From NCBI RefSeq assembly GCF_009914755.1, contig NC_060932.1: DNA of 64,000 bases; one strand, given 5' to 3'. Positions 1 to 14,965 of this stretch are shown one piece after another. A model generated the notes under the pieces. The model was not told where the DNA came from, searched no databases, and saw only the letters and a list, made by a program, of their open reading frames with translations. How positions within the stretch are numbered: position 1 is the stretch's first letter; each line of letters begins with the position of its first letter. This stretch comes from the human T2T-CHM13v2.0 reference genome, Homo sapiens. The position numbers were made by a program, and so were the translations under genes.

Positions 1-200
1 CAGTCTGGGCAACATAATGAGTCCCTGACTCCAAAATAATTTAAACATTTCCTGGGCATGGTGGTGTCTGCTTGTAGTCCTAGCTACTCAGGAGACTGAG
101 CATGGAAGATTGCTTGAGCCCAGTAGGTCAAGACTGCACTAAGCCGTAATCACGCCACTGCACTCCAGCCTGAGTGACAGAGCAAGACCCTATCTCAAAA
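1..200 (+). mobile_element. Alu (AluJ-like), 5' part cut off by the window edge
   Basis: Alu motifs ctgggcaacata, tgtagtcctagctactc, ttgagcccag, cactgcactccagcctgagtgacagagcaagacc. Confidence 0.95.
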
Positions 201-451
201 GAAAAGAAGAGATGAAAGAAAAGAAAAGAGAAAGGAAAGGAAAGGAAAGGAAAGGAAAGGAAAGGAAAGGAAAGGAAAGGAAAGGAAAGGAAAGGAAAGG
301 AAAGGAAAGGAAAGGAAAGAAAGGAAAGGAAAGAAAAGGAAAGGAGGGAAGAAAGGCAGAAAGCAAGGAAGGAAGGAAGGAAGGAAGGAAGGAAGGAAGG
401 AAGGAAGGAAGGAAGGAAGGAAGGAAGGAAGGAAGGAAGGAAGGAAGGAAA
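197..451 (+). repeat. Compound purine microsatellite from the Alu tail: (AAAGG)17 at 231-315 and (GGAA)21 at 367-450
   Basis: Counted directly in the sequence. Confidence 0.97.
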
Positions 452-934
452 TAAATGTCTTTTGGACCAGTGTAGACCAGCCCAGTGGTTTAGTGCCTTA
501 TCAGGAAAGTTTTAAGGTAAAAAGGTTATAATTCTTCTCATCCCCTCCCACCCAGGTGGGTCACAAAACTATTCTCATCTTCAAAAATAACTAGGTTTGA
601 TTAATTAAATATATGAAACATAACAGATAAGCTCTATACTGATCTTAGCAGATTATAGAAGAGCTTTCAGGTTATTATCGTTTAAAAGTCATAGTAGTGG
701 ATGAACTAAGAAGAGATCAATTCAAAATATACAACTGAAGGCAAAAGAATTAACTGATTGTTGTCTGAGCTGTCCCAGGTTTCCCGACTCTCTGGGATCC
801 CCCTCCTGCCTTCCCAAGCCCTCTTCCCTGCTGTAGTATCTCCTCCATGCTTCCTCATCTGCTCCATGGCTTCACAAAGCTGCTTTACAGTGAGGTCAAA
901 ACAGGCTGACACCACAGATTCTCACCACCTGGAA

Positions 935-1228
935 TTTTTGTTTGTCTGAGACAGGATCTTGCTCTGTTGCCCAGGCTAGGGTGCAGTGGTGAGATCACAG
1001 CTCACTGCAGCCTTGACCTCTCCAGCTCAATCAATCCTCCCATCTCAGCCTCCTAAGTAGCTGGGACCACAGCCCATGTCACCATGCCCAGCTAATTTTT
1101 GTATTTTTTATAGAGACAGGGTTTCATTGTGTTGCCCAGGCTGGTCTGGAACCCCTGGCCTCAAGTGATTCACCTGTCTTGGCCTCCCAAAGTATTGGGA
1201 TTACAGGCATGAGCCACCACACCCAGCC
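935..1228 (-). mobile_element. Alu (AluJ-like)
   Basis: Full antisense Alu; TSD ctcac(c/t)acctgga at 921-933 and 1229-1241. Confidence 0.95.
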
Positions 1229-1859
1229 CTCACTACCTGGATTTGGCTTTTGTTGCCACCTCTCAGATAACCCTTGTTTCCATGATCTATGAGCCAGTTT
1301 AACCAAACCCAGAGTTAATTATCATATCCTAAGACAACTAATGAAAAGCACTGGGCTTAGTATAAAGCACACCCACTCACTCCCCACCATCTCTTTCCCC
1401 TGGCTCCCACCATATAAAATGATCCAATTTTGACATAAAATTTCTAAAATAAAACCTTGGTTGAAAGCCAAGTCTTTGGGAACCTGTACTTTCACGTTAG
1501 GAGGTTACAGACTTATTCCAACGATAAGTGCTTTTTGCACACAAGTGGCCTTTTGGAATTGATTTCTGAGTTCTGGGACACACACAGGCTTTTGAATGTT
1601 CTCAATAGTGGTAAGCCTTAAACCTTCTGAAGACAGATTGTATTTCTTTGGAATGAGCCAAAAGTGTTTAGGAGACAAATCTGGTGAGCGTCCAGCTGGG
1701 AAATACCATTTGGGTCAAAGCTATAAAGTATCAAGAGTGATTTTCTGGTGTGGTTTGAAAATTAGCTCTAAAAGTCATTCCAAAAGAGGCATTCCAGAAA
1801 TGTATATGGCAATAACACCATCAATGGAATAAAAAATGTTTTATCCCCTAAATTGACTA

Positions 1860-2260
1860 CTAGATGGATAATGCTATTTCATGCCTCCATTCCTTTAAAT
1901 ATGCTATTTGGTCCCTTCCCCTACAGTGCAAAGCCCTCACCCTCACTCTATCTCCCCAAATATCTAATTTGTTTTCTTCCATCAAAATATATGTTTCTAG
2001 GAAGCCTTCTCTGAATCTCCAATCTGATTCTGATGCCCTCATTCATGCTCTCTCATCACCACCCCCCACTCCCTTCCTCCCCTCTAACATGCGGGGCAAT
2101 GCTTGCTTAAAGGACATTGCAAACAATGGTTTTCATTTTCTGCCCCCACCACCAAACTGTCAGCTACTTGAAAATAATGGCTATATTTTACTTTACTTGA
2201 CAGAGCAATGGCTTCATACAGTGCTTCATAAATGCTTGTTGCTCAAATAAATCCATTTGA
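1860..2260 (+). mobile_element. L2 3' fragment
   Basis: Ends in L2-like 'gtgcttcataaatgcttgttgctcaaataaat'; upstream 'ctaggaagccttctctga' motif. Confidence 0.6.
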
Positions 2261-2699
2261 AAAATTAACCTCCTTGCTCTGTAGTTTTACCTCACATGAT
2301 CTGACATACTTGTCATCTGCAGTTCAATGTCAACCCAGGAGTAATTTTACAAGAAAGATTGTGATAGTGTTGACCCTCGACGCTCATATTAGTTTTTCAA
2401 CAATAATCTAAATGCTGGTAGAGAAAGAAGGCTAATACACAAAACAGTAACATGAGCTACGGAAGTGAGCCAGGACTTTAACAAGAAAACATAACTGAAT
2501 TAGTCTTCAAAATGACATTGGTAACTTAAAGAAATCATTTATCTCAGAATAAAGAACTTAAGCAAATGTACACATGAGCTATTTAGGCCCATATTAGAGC
2601 TATTTCTCTATCAATGAAAAATACACCCAGAAAAGCTTACTATGAAGCACAATTCTCAGTATGTAAATCTATTATCTTGCATTAAAAATACCACACAAA

Positions 2700-3210
2700 T
2701 AGCCTACCGCCCAGCAATTCCTTTGAGGCTATATAGCCAACAGAAATAAGTGTTTGTTTCCATCCAAATACATACATATGAGAATGTTCATAGAAACTTT
2801 ATTCATAAATAGTCCCAAACTGGAGACACGCATAATGTTCACCCACAGTAGAACGTGTAAACACACTCTGGCATATTCATAAAACGAATACTGCTAGCAA
2901 GAGCAAAGAATAAGCCACAGATAACCACAACCTCATGGATCCTCACAGACATAATGGCAAGTTACAGAAGTTACAGACAAAAGACTGTATACAGTAGGGT
3001 TCCATGTGTATGAAATCAAAAAACATGCAAAAGAAATTACTGACTGAGAGAATGCATGAGGGGTATTATTGGGTGCTAGAAATATTCTATATTTTGAATG
3101 AACCTGGTGGTAATTACATGGGTATAGACATACACAAAAATTCATACGGTTGCACATTTAAGAGTTGGCATTTTATGTAAGCTTATACTTTAATGAAATT
3201 TTAAATAAAT
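2700..3210 (+). mobile_element. Old L1M (L1MC/L1ME-like) 3' fragment
   Basis: cccagcaattcc, agaatgttcatagaaactttattcataa, ggtggtaattacatgggtat; A-rich end. Confidence 0.8.
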
Positions 3211-3547
3211 ATGTTTAGATATCTCAGTCTCATAGAAGATTTAATCCTAAAATAGTAGCAGAGGGGCTTGGAGGTGAAGAAGTAGTTAATGAGCAATCCT
3301 GGTGGGGTTAGGGAGAGAGAGGTAGAGACCCTTTTGGATAAGCTGAGTAGCTATGCAAAAAAGATGATGTCAGGGCGTTGGTATCCCAAGTTTGACCCCT
3401 GAAAGGAGAGGGGCCCTGAATACTGAGGTTTTAATGTTTGCTTCCTGGGGCACAGTAGCAAAATCTTTGGAACTGATCATTCAGGGAATCAGTTACTACA
3501 TAATATGTTAAGGCTTATATGAGGACACTTAATCCTGATTTTTTTTA

Positions 3548-3937
<390 letters not shown>

Positions 3938-5536
3938 TTAGTAGGAAAAGAAGTTGTCAGATGTGAAATGAAGTTAGAATGAGTTAATGATTTTAGAGGT
4001 AAAGATGATGTGGGGCTCACAGTAGACCACAAGCAATTTTAAATATGTCAGCTGGATACAAAGAACATACATAAAAGGGGAGAATAATATAGACACTAGA
4101 CAGGGCAAATTAATCCTTGCATGAAAGAAAATGCTGGGGTGTCCCTCAGTTGGGTTGTGGGGTCCTCCTAATCATTGCCTGGCCTGGCTATCTAATCCAT
4201 GGAGGGTCAGATGAGACAGAGTGAGATCCACATAAATGTCTCCATACCCACTACCCATGACCAGTGGCCTGGTGGGTACATAATAAAGAATTTAAATTTA
4301 AGGACTAAACAGTGAAGTTAGCCACTAGGGTTTCTTTCTCCACCAAACTTAGAAAGTCCCTAAGGGGAGCTACGTATTGTCCAGAAATTTAACAAAAATG
4401 TAAATAAGGAAACACACAGTGCTAATGCAGGTTTCATTTCAAAGAAAAGAATTCCTGACCACAATAATTAAGAGTGAGGTTGTCTTAACTCAGGGTCTAA
4501 AATCTTTTGAAAAGTATCTATTTGAAAGAAGGCAATGGAATGCATGTCTTCTATCTGCTCTGTCCCCAGGATGTACAGGTGTCCCTTTGCTGATGAAAGG
4601 TGTAGGTGGCATGCAATAAATGGAAATGTCATATACCCTGCTTCCTGGGTAAGGTGGCCAGAATTAGTATACAGCAATAAAGGGTGCCCAGTGAAATGTG
4701 AATGTCTGGCAAACTTTTGCTCAGTTATTTCTGAACAACCACATTCTGGCTTTAACTAAAACCACATTGTTACGCTCATATTTTACACAAATATTTATTC
4801 CAAGTGGTTACAAAATAGAAACTGAGTAATAAGTTCATGACTTTCTCCCCATCCTCCATCTGCAGGCTTTCTTCAGCCAGTAAGCACATCATCTCTTTGG
4901 AATCCAGAGGTCACATTCAACTATGTAAAAGTACTTCTTATCTGAACTTTTCTCCCTAAAATTCATAACTTATCTAAATTAATGAAAAAAAAAAGACTGG
5001 GTCATATTTCTGTTTGAGGATTATGAGGTGGAGTAGGGAAGAGATGTCCTTCTCTGGATGACCTATATAGGAATAATAAACTAAAAATTCCCAGGAAAGC
5101 CCAGAAAGGTTTCTTTACAAATGTATCACAGCTGCGTGACTCACGCTTTTAGTTTTGACCTAATGGTACTTGTTTGAAAGCAGTGATTATCACCAGAACA
5201 TAGACTCCGCAAAGGCTAGCTTTGGTTTGGGGTATCCCCGTTCACTCTCAGAACAGTCCAGAAATAAAGTTAACAACTACCTGTGGCGACAGTGTGCTGT
5301 ACCACACTGATAATGCCAACTCATGTTAAATTTTCCCTCTGACCTTGTAATGGAGGTAGGATGGGTATTGTTATTATGTTAAACATGAAGAAACAGAAGG
5401 CCAGAGCTGGAAACCAGCAGACCTCAGAGTGGACCCCTAGAAATGACTCCAAGTGACATGCCTGTCCCACCATCAGTTTCCAGGCCATGGCCCCAAGAAG
5501 AAGATGTTACTATGTTGAGTTAAAAAGCAAATGCTC

Positions 5537-5879
<343 letters not shown>

Positions 5880-7179
5880 TTATGTCTGTCTTCATTACTG
5901 ATTACAGGAGCATATTTTAATGATTGTTTGGCAGAGGGTGATCAAGTAGCAAAAGTTCTGGAACTCAGATACCTAACTCAAAACGAAACATCAAAAATGA
6001 AAAAAAAAAAATCTAGACAGTGGAGCAACCAGGAGTATCATGGTAGACAGTTACAAAAGAAAAGGGTAACACGAACATGAAAAAGTCAGTTCCCCTCCAC
6101 ATTTTAGTAACTAGACCGGGCAAAACACCATTTATCCTAGATGCGTAATCTCCACAACAAAATGTTCTACATTTTGGCCCCTAATCTCTACCCTTGAATG
6201 GGTAGAATGACTCTTCGTCTTTCCAAAGCACTGCAATAGAACAGAATGCCAGGGGAAATATCCATACAAGACAGCATTTATTTGGACCATTGTACCTTTA
6301 GTGAGTGACAGAGAAAAGCTAGAAAATAAATTACCACTTAAACAAATTGTTTTGTTCATATGTCTGCTCCCCCAATATTTCTCCCAGAGCACCATGGGTT
6401 ACTGTAGGTGTTATCAATGATGAACTGGGACAGGAGTCATTAATGTGACCATGGACAAGGTAGCAAAGCTATAATGAAGAGATCTCCATGGTGTAATGAC
6501 TGTGGTTTCCTGTCTAAGATAGCTAGAAGTGTGTTACTAATTCAGAGAGGGTCAGCACTCCACATCAACACCCAGAGGCTTCAAGATGCCCCACAGAGAA
6601 TTCCACATTGCTGGATGCTGGCACTGACTAATCAAAGCATCTCACATGCCCATTCCCATTTTGCCTGAGTGATAATATGAGAAAAGAACAAAGGATAAGA
6701 GAGGAAAGAAATGACCTGAGAGTCATCCTCGTCCTTCCCCCTCTCTTTTCCCCTTTTGCACCCCTCAGGATGCAATCTATCCCCAACCCCAGCTGAGACT
6801 TCCTCCAAAATATTGCTCTAATCCATACCCATCTGCCATCGCCACTGTCACCTCCCAATTCAAATCAGCAGGAGCACCCATTTCACTTGGAAGGAGACCT
6901 CCAGTGATGGGGATCCTTTATCCAACATACACAATTAATCCCACTGCTAAAATCTTCCTTACAAACTACACTAACAGCCCTTCAGTTAGTTTCCTGTTTT
7001 TCAACGTTGGGCTCTCTTCCAACTTAATATATGGAAATCCCACTCGGAAAGTTTGCAGAAGAACAACTATTCTCATTACCATCTGGGTTCTGACCCAGTG
7101 GTCTGTACTTTAACCCAGATGGTCTTTTATGAGGGAAGGTTTGTTTGTTCGGGTGTTGTTGTTTTTTTTTTTTTTCCAG

Positions 7180-7500
7180 TGTGAGTTCTTCAGTGGAAAC
7201 TTCGCTCTGGTTTTCCAACACTGTTTTCACAGCAGCTGGAGGGCAGAGGCTGCTGTCCTCTCTCTTGTAAACAAAAAGGCCAAGCCGCAGTCCCCGGCCA
7301 CCAGGACAAACACACACTCCCGCTGCGAGGGCACCCCCATGCAGCGTGAGCACGGCAGGGCAGTGGTGGCGGAGGAAGCCGTTGTCTGCTTTCTTATTAC
7401 TGCGCTGTCATTCATGCAGAAGTCAGCCCACAGATGCATCAGTGGCTTCCTTTCAAAAGGGCCATTTTCTTGAATTTATTGACTGTGCTTATAAGCTTCT
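7180..7500. promoter_or_regulatory. Candidate enhancer-like unique block with retained CpGs
   Basis: No recognisable repeat; 9 CpGs in about 120 bp (7284-7405); forkhead motif GTAAACA at 7267-7273. Confidence 0.35.
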
Positions 7501-8019
7501 TGTGTAAAGATGCTTTGCACAAGCTTCAAGAAAGAGAACTTATTTATACAAACCCATTTAAATACTGCCTCTGTAGAAAAATGTGTACGGACATCAAAAT
7601 ATTCAAAAACAACTATCTCTTTATATGAAGTCAGCAGCATGGGGGGTTTTAAATGCTTTATTTACTGTTTATATTTTTAAGATTATCAATGCCAACTCTA
7701 CTAATTCAGAAAGTACAGTAATTCAGACAGTAGGAGGGCTGTAACTAATCTTTGCACTGCCTATGAACAAAGGATTGCTAAGCAAATTATAATGCATGAG
7801 TAAGGTTGTTCCAAGAATAGATAAATATTTGGCAAGAACTATTTTAGGTCTATTCTAGTACTTTGGAGCTACCCACTAATTTATAAATACTTGATCTACT
7901 AATTACAACACTTCTTATCTATTCATTTAACCAGGTCTCAAAGGGGCAAGGCAAGCAGCATGGAGCTTGATCCCATTGGTGATGTATGTTGGTCATTTGT
8001 TCTTGAAAAAGTACTTTCT

Positions 8020-8368
8020 GCTGGGCATGGTGGCTCATGGCTGTAATCCCATGGGAGATCCCTCCCTCTTTGGGAGGCCAAGGCAGGCAGATCACTTGAG
8101 GTCAGGAGTTCAAGACCAGCCTGGCCAACATGGCGAAACCCCAGTTCTACTAAAAAAAAAAAAATTAGCCAGGCTTGGTGGCAGGCAGGCAGGCACCTAT
8201 AATCCCAGCTACTCAGAAGGCTGAGGCACGAGAATCACTTGAATCTGGGAGGCGGAGGTTGCGGTGGGCTGAGATCACACCACAACACTTCAGCCTGGGT
8301 GTCAGAGCAAGACTGAAAAAAAAGGCAGGCAGAAAGAAAGAAAGGAGGGAGAGAAGGAGGGAGGGAGG
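8020..8368 (+). mobile_element. Alu (AluS-like) with tail converted to a purine repeat
   Basis: TSD gaaaaagtactttct at 8005-8019 and 8369-8383. Confidence 0.96.
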
Positions 8369-8461
8369 GAAAAAGTACTTTCTTTCAGAAACTAAACTAA
8401 ATTTCATTTTTTACAGTTTAGATTTTTTTTCCAGATTTTGTCAGAATGAGATTTCCCTCAA

Positions 8462-9359
<898 letters not shown>

Positions 9360-9645
9360 TTCCTTCCCATTATTCAAAATTAATATTTTTTACAAGATAA
9401 AAAACCAATTTAAATTTGTTCCCCAGCACCATTCTCCTGCTCTTGACTTAAATGTTGTTGACACTTCTTCAAGGCCAATAAATTAGTTTCATTTCATGGT
9501 TTCTCTCTCCCGAACAAGATTTTTAGTCTTCCTGAAGGCAACTAACAAGACCTGTCTTCCTTTTCTACATAAGTAACACCAGCCAGGGAAGGTTAGAAGA
9601 AGGAGTCATGAATAACAGCATAAACTATCAGAATAAAAACTATGA

Positions 9646-9947
9646 GACCAGGCATTGTGACTCACACCTGTAATTCCAACACTTTAGGAGGCTGAGGTGG
9701 GAGGATTGTTCGAGTCCAGGAGTTTGAGACCAGCCTGGGCAACATGGTGAGATCCTGCCTTTATAAAAAATATTAAAGTTAGATGGGTGTGGTGGCATGT
9801 GTCTGTGGTCCCACCTACTCAAGAGGCTGAGGTGAGAAGATTGCTTGAGCCCAGGAGGTTGGCGCTACAGTGAGCAGTGTTCACACCACTGCACTCCAGC
9901 CTGGGAGACAGACAGATATCTTTTCTTAAATAATATTTTTAAAAAAA
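9646..9947 (+). mobile_element. Alu (AluJ-like)
   Basis: Diverged dimer with the J-type 'ttgagcccaggagg' motif. Confidence 0.93.
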
Positions 9948-10409
9948 GAGAGAAAATCCAAATGGCAACATGGACGCTCAGTAGTAACAGCCCCAATGTC
10001 ACAGGTATGTTCTAAACATCATCCAACACTTACAATACCCTCCCTGGCCTTCAACAACAACAACAAAATAGAGGCAATCCTACAAAGAAGATCTTACATT
10101 ATCAGCACTAAAAAGTTAAACACCATTTTAATAGAATCTTTTAGGGGAATCTAATGAATTAATGTATATGTGTTTACTGCAAAGGGCTACACAAATAGAT
10201 ATGTCATTGTTTCTAGAGCTAACAATAATTTTTAAGCAGAGGCAGCGTTCTTAGGTATGATGACACATCCTACCTGGTCCTCCATACTCTGAATTTATCA
10301 ACGTTGGCTGATTTTGTTTATTATCTCTCTGACTACCCTGTTTCTCCCTCCTATTGGAATCTTCAGAGAGTTGTAGTTGAGAAATGGAAAACTCACAAAC
10401 CCACTATTT

Positions 10410-11230
10410 ACGATGCAACAAATATTGACTGAGCCCCCACAATATGCAAGGCACTGTTCTGGGTGCTAAAGCTAGATAGATTAACAAGACAGAGAACTAT
10501 CCTGCTTTCAGGAAGCCCACATGCTACAGGGAAAGACAAATGACAACCCAGTGGCAATGTGGGCTAGAGATGTGGCAACTGGCCGAGCACAGTGGCTCAC
10601 ACCTGTCATCCCAGCACTTTGGGAGACTGAGGCAGGTGGATGACCTGAGGTCAGAAGCTCCAGACCAGCCTGGCGAATATGGCAAAACCCTGTCTCTAAT
10701 AAAAATACAAAAATTAGCTGGGTGTGGTAGTGGGTGCCTATAATCCCAGCTACTTGGGAGGCTGAGGCAGGAGAATCGCTTGAACCTGGGGTGCAGGGTG
10801 AGGTGGAGGCTGAAGTGAGCCGCAATCATGCCACTGCACTCCAGCCTGGGTGATAGAGTGAAACTCCGTCTCAAAAACAAAACAAAACAAAACAAAAAAA
10901 AAAAACAAAGAAAAGAAAAGAAAAGAGATGTGGCAATTAAGGAACGCCTCCCTCATGACTGACTTTGAGCAAAAGGGGAAGATACCTTGGGAAGAGTGGT
11001 CCAGACAAAAGCCCTGAGGCCAGAGTGTTGGGAGAGGATGGGAAGGCAGCAGGAAACCTGGGGGGCTGAAGCGGGTTGAACAAGCATCTGGTGAACATGA
11101 TGTGGATTTTTTCCTTGTGTAGACAGGAAGCCGAGTGCCATGATCTGACTGGACACACCAAAAAGCACATTCTGAAGGCCTGATGGAGAATAACTAGAGG
11201 AAGGAGTGGAGGGAGAGAGACTGGACAGGA
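10410..11230 (-). mobile_element. L2 fragment interrupted by an Alu
   Basis: caacaaatattgactgagc...aggcactgttctgggtgct is the reverse complement of an L2 3' end; similarity continues after the Alu. Confidence 0.7.
10581..10923 (+). mobile_element. Alu (AluS-like)
   Basis: TSD agagatgtggcaa at 10566-10578 and 10924-10936. Confidence 0.97.
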
Positions 11231-11448
11231 TTTGAAAGAGTCTCTGATTAGAAGTTGGCTGGGCAAATCTCTCCCGAACTCAAAATGAGGAGGAAACATT
11301 AACAGTTTCCACCACCTCAAAAATGATCAACAACCCGAAAAGCTTGGAACCAGGTGCAGACAGGCTACCAGAGTTGTAACACAGTCAGGAACGCTACGGA
11401 CGGGCAGGCATCTCACAGCTCTGACTCTCCAAGTGTAATCCTGAGGTA

Positions 11449-11498
11449 AGGTCTTTCAGATGGCTGCTTAAGAGGTCTTTCAGATGGCTGCTTAAGAG
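11449..11498. repeat. Perfect 24-bp tandem duplication (aggtctttcagatggctgcttaag x2)
   Basis: Read directly. Confidence 0.95.
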
Positions 11499-12604
11499 AA
11501 AGAGTTGCCCACCTGCCTGGCTCCCCAAGAATGATGAAGAAACTCTGTGGCGACTCTTTGAAACTTTTGAACACCGAACCGCTAACAAAGGAAGTAATAA
11601 AAAGAGCCCATACATACCAAACCAAATCTGAGGGATCTCTGAATAAATTTGGAACACTCACCAAGCCTGTGCTGCTCACTCATTCTGCCAGCTCTCAAAG
11701 GCACAAGCCACAGACCTCTTTCCACGACTTCCCTTTTGCTATGCACACATTTGCCCTTTGAGTTTGTTTGTTTTCCCTGATGATTTCAGAGAGAAAACCT
11801 CTAGCGGGCACCAATCCTGCCTGTTAATGCCTTGTAGTTCGGTCCCTAACAGAGAACTTCACAGCACTGAGCATAGACAGTAGAATATCTGCATATTGGG
11901 ATCTCTGGAATGGGACCCCTGGAATGTAAAGAGTTCCTAGTGTGGCAAAATAGCCACAAGGAAAGGTGCATTACCACTGTGTCTACATGTTCAGGGTGCT
12001 CTAAGTAGAAGGAGATGCTGAGCCCAAGAGATGAAGAACTGGGAGGAAAAAAATGAAGAGATTACTAAAAGACACATATTAGAGAAACCTCAACAAAAAA
12101 GCTTAAAAAAAAAACTGTTCATTAGAGCTACTTATTCTTAGCTTTATAAACTGTACAAAGATGAAGCAATCGGAAGGGAGTAACTACATTGATTTCATTT
12201 GCTTCAGTTAAATCAAAATTTATGTGAACTTAAGATAATATCAATTGTTAGCTCTTTGGCTAATTTATCACTTTTATGGTTTAAACAAATCTGAAATGTT
12301 AAAGTGACTCACAAATCACTTTTCTATAGCATTGAATTAAGTTATCACTTTGTTTTCTCCCTGTGCACTGTTCTTCAACTTCAATAATATAATTTGATGC
12401 TGTATTCTTATTTCACTGATTTTGGACTGGAGATTTCTTGTTTTACATAAACCCTAGTGTATTCTTGACTTTTTTTTACTAAGGAAAGCGGTGACTCCTG
12501 AGTGTTAGGCAATTCCTTTAATAGAGTTACTAAAAATTTTATTACTGTATGTAACCCTAAGTATTCTGAGTGAAAATATAAAGAAACTTTCCAAGTGAAA
12601 ATAA

Positions 12605-12945
<341 letters not shown>

Positions 12946-14256
12946 AATTTTACTCTTCTTTTAATGAAGAATAAATTTAGGTATAAAAAATAAGACCAAA
13001 GCCCATTAATCCAGACTATCTCTATGTGGCCACATCTCCCAGTAGGTGTATTCAATACCCAGCTTTCAATAAAGAGAGGAACTTCAAATTAACAATGAGA
13101 TTTAAATTCTAGAGAAAGCTATACATTGGTGCTAGGCTCATTTTTTAAAAACATACCGGACCACTTCGTGGGTTCTTATTTAACAGCCTGTAAAATGCAT
13201 CCCCATAGCATGGAAACATTTGCCAAGTGTTGATAGGACAGTCAGTCATAAATCTTAAGGTTGCCACAACCAAATAGAACCTGCTCATGTTGAGTATAAA
13301 ACACCATCACATCTCAAAATGACTTTTCTTAATTAACAATTAGGCTTTGCATTTTCAATGTGATCACAACTCCAGTGAAATTAATGCAAACCAAACTAGT
13401 TTCAGAAATGCAAATTTGAGCCAGTGTAGGGCACAAGCAGCACTTTTTGGAAGATTCAGGACCTGAGATGCAAGGAGAAAATGTTGGTAGAAACCTCTTC
13501 CCACTCACCCTACTTGAATTCGTATTCTCCAAGGAACTTATGGTCGAAAATTTCTCTCCACCTTAAGCTATCTCTGAGGTTGTATCTTTAGCAAATTCCT
13601 TATGGGAGTTGGAAGCAAAGGAACATGAAATAAGAAAGTACTATGAACGGAATGATTGATTTTTATCTTCAAACCTGCTCGGGCTGGTCCTGTTTTGATG
13701 GCCAACTTTTCTCAGACACTAACCTGGAGTCACTAAAAAGAAAAAATTTCTTTCAGTGACCAGACACTGGGAAAACCCCAGATCCTCCAACTCCTTGCAC
13801 AGCCTCCCAAGATGCAGATCAATGGCAAGGGTTGGGGAGAACTGGCATTCTACCTGCATTCTATCTGCGCAGGCACTGGCCAATTACTTGGAGAATGTTC
13901 CAGACACTGGCACAGGGCAGTGCAGGCACTTCGTGGCTCACAGCCTAGCACAGCAGGTAAAAGTTTACGAGAAGAGCATGGCTGCACAGCTCATTTACCA
14001 AAGTGAATGAAGGAGAAAAGTGCTTAAGTTTACTCAGGGTATCAAAATCAGAGTCAAATCTTAGGCTCTGATGTACGTTAAAGCTCAATTTTAAAATGCT
14101 CTATGTTTAAGTTGCTACCTCTTAACATAACAGGAAGCCATCCAGTAGTCAGTTTAAATTAAGAAGACTCATTCATGTAATATCACCACATAAGGGAGGC
14201 TGGGAGAGAGTAGGTGAAGGATACGGCTGGGGATGTGGGTTTAAATACTGGCTGTT

Positions 14257-14562
14257 GGTCAGGTGCTGTGGCTCATGCCTATAATCCTAGAACTTTGAGA
14301 GGCCTAGGAGGAAGGATCGCTTGGACCCAGGAGTTTGAGACCAGCCTGGGCAACATAGCAAAATCTCGTCTCTACAAAAAATACCAAAATTAGCTGAGCA
14401 TGGTGGCAGGTGCCTGTAGTTCCAGCTACTCAGGAGACTGAAGTGGGAGGATCACCTGAGCCTGGAAAGTTGAGGCTGTGGTGAGCCGTAATGGTGCCAT
14501 TGCACTCCAGCCTGAGCAACAGAGTGAGATCCTGTCACAAATAAATAAATACATACATACAT
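14257..14562 (+). mobile_element. Alu (AluJ-like) within a MIR relic
   Basis: Dimer with an (AAAT)/(ACAT) tail; MIR-like sequence on both flanks. Confidence 0.93.
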
Positions 14563-14774
14563 ATTGGCTCTTCAATCAACATTAGAGCAAATACTCTTTG
14601 CCTTAATTTTCCCACTGGCAAAACAAGGCTAATATTAGTTTCTCTTTCACACTGTTATTTTTGAGGAATAATTCGGTTATTGCATATAAAACACTGAGTA
14701 GCATCACATAATTAACCTCTAACAAATATTACTTGTTATTATTACTCCAAAAGGAAAATCAAATTTTCTAAATA

Positions 14775-14965
14775 AGAGATTCTCAAAATTTAGAGCACAC
14801 AAGGCTCACTAAATTAGGGAGGTCATTACAAAGTGTAGATTCCTGGGCCCAGTCCAAGTGATTCTGAGTAGGTCTAGAGTAAGGCCCAGAGCCTGCAGTT
14901 TTAATAATTATCTCAGGTGATTCTGATGCAAAAGACGCTCAGACCACACTTTGAGAACCACTGCT
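14775..14965. mobile_element. MER5-family hAT-Charlie DNA transposon
   Basis: gtagattcctgggccc...ggtctagagtaaggcccaga...caggtgattctgatgca...cactttgagaaccactg. Confidence 0.85.

Noticed and set aside
212-454. 80-aa K/E/R/G-rich ORF
   Set aside because: It is only the translation of the AAAGG/GGAA microsatellite.
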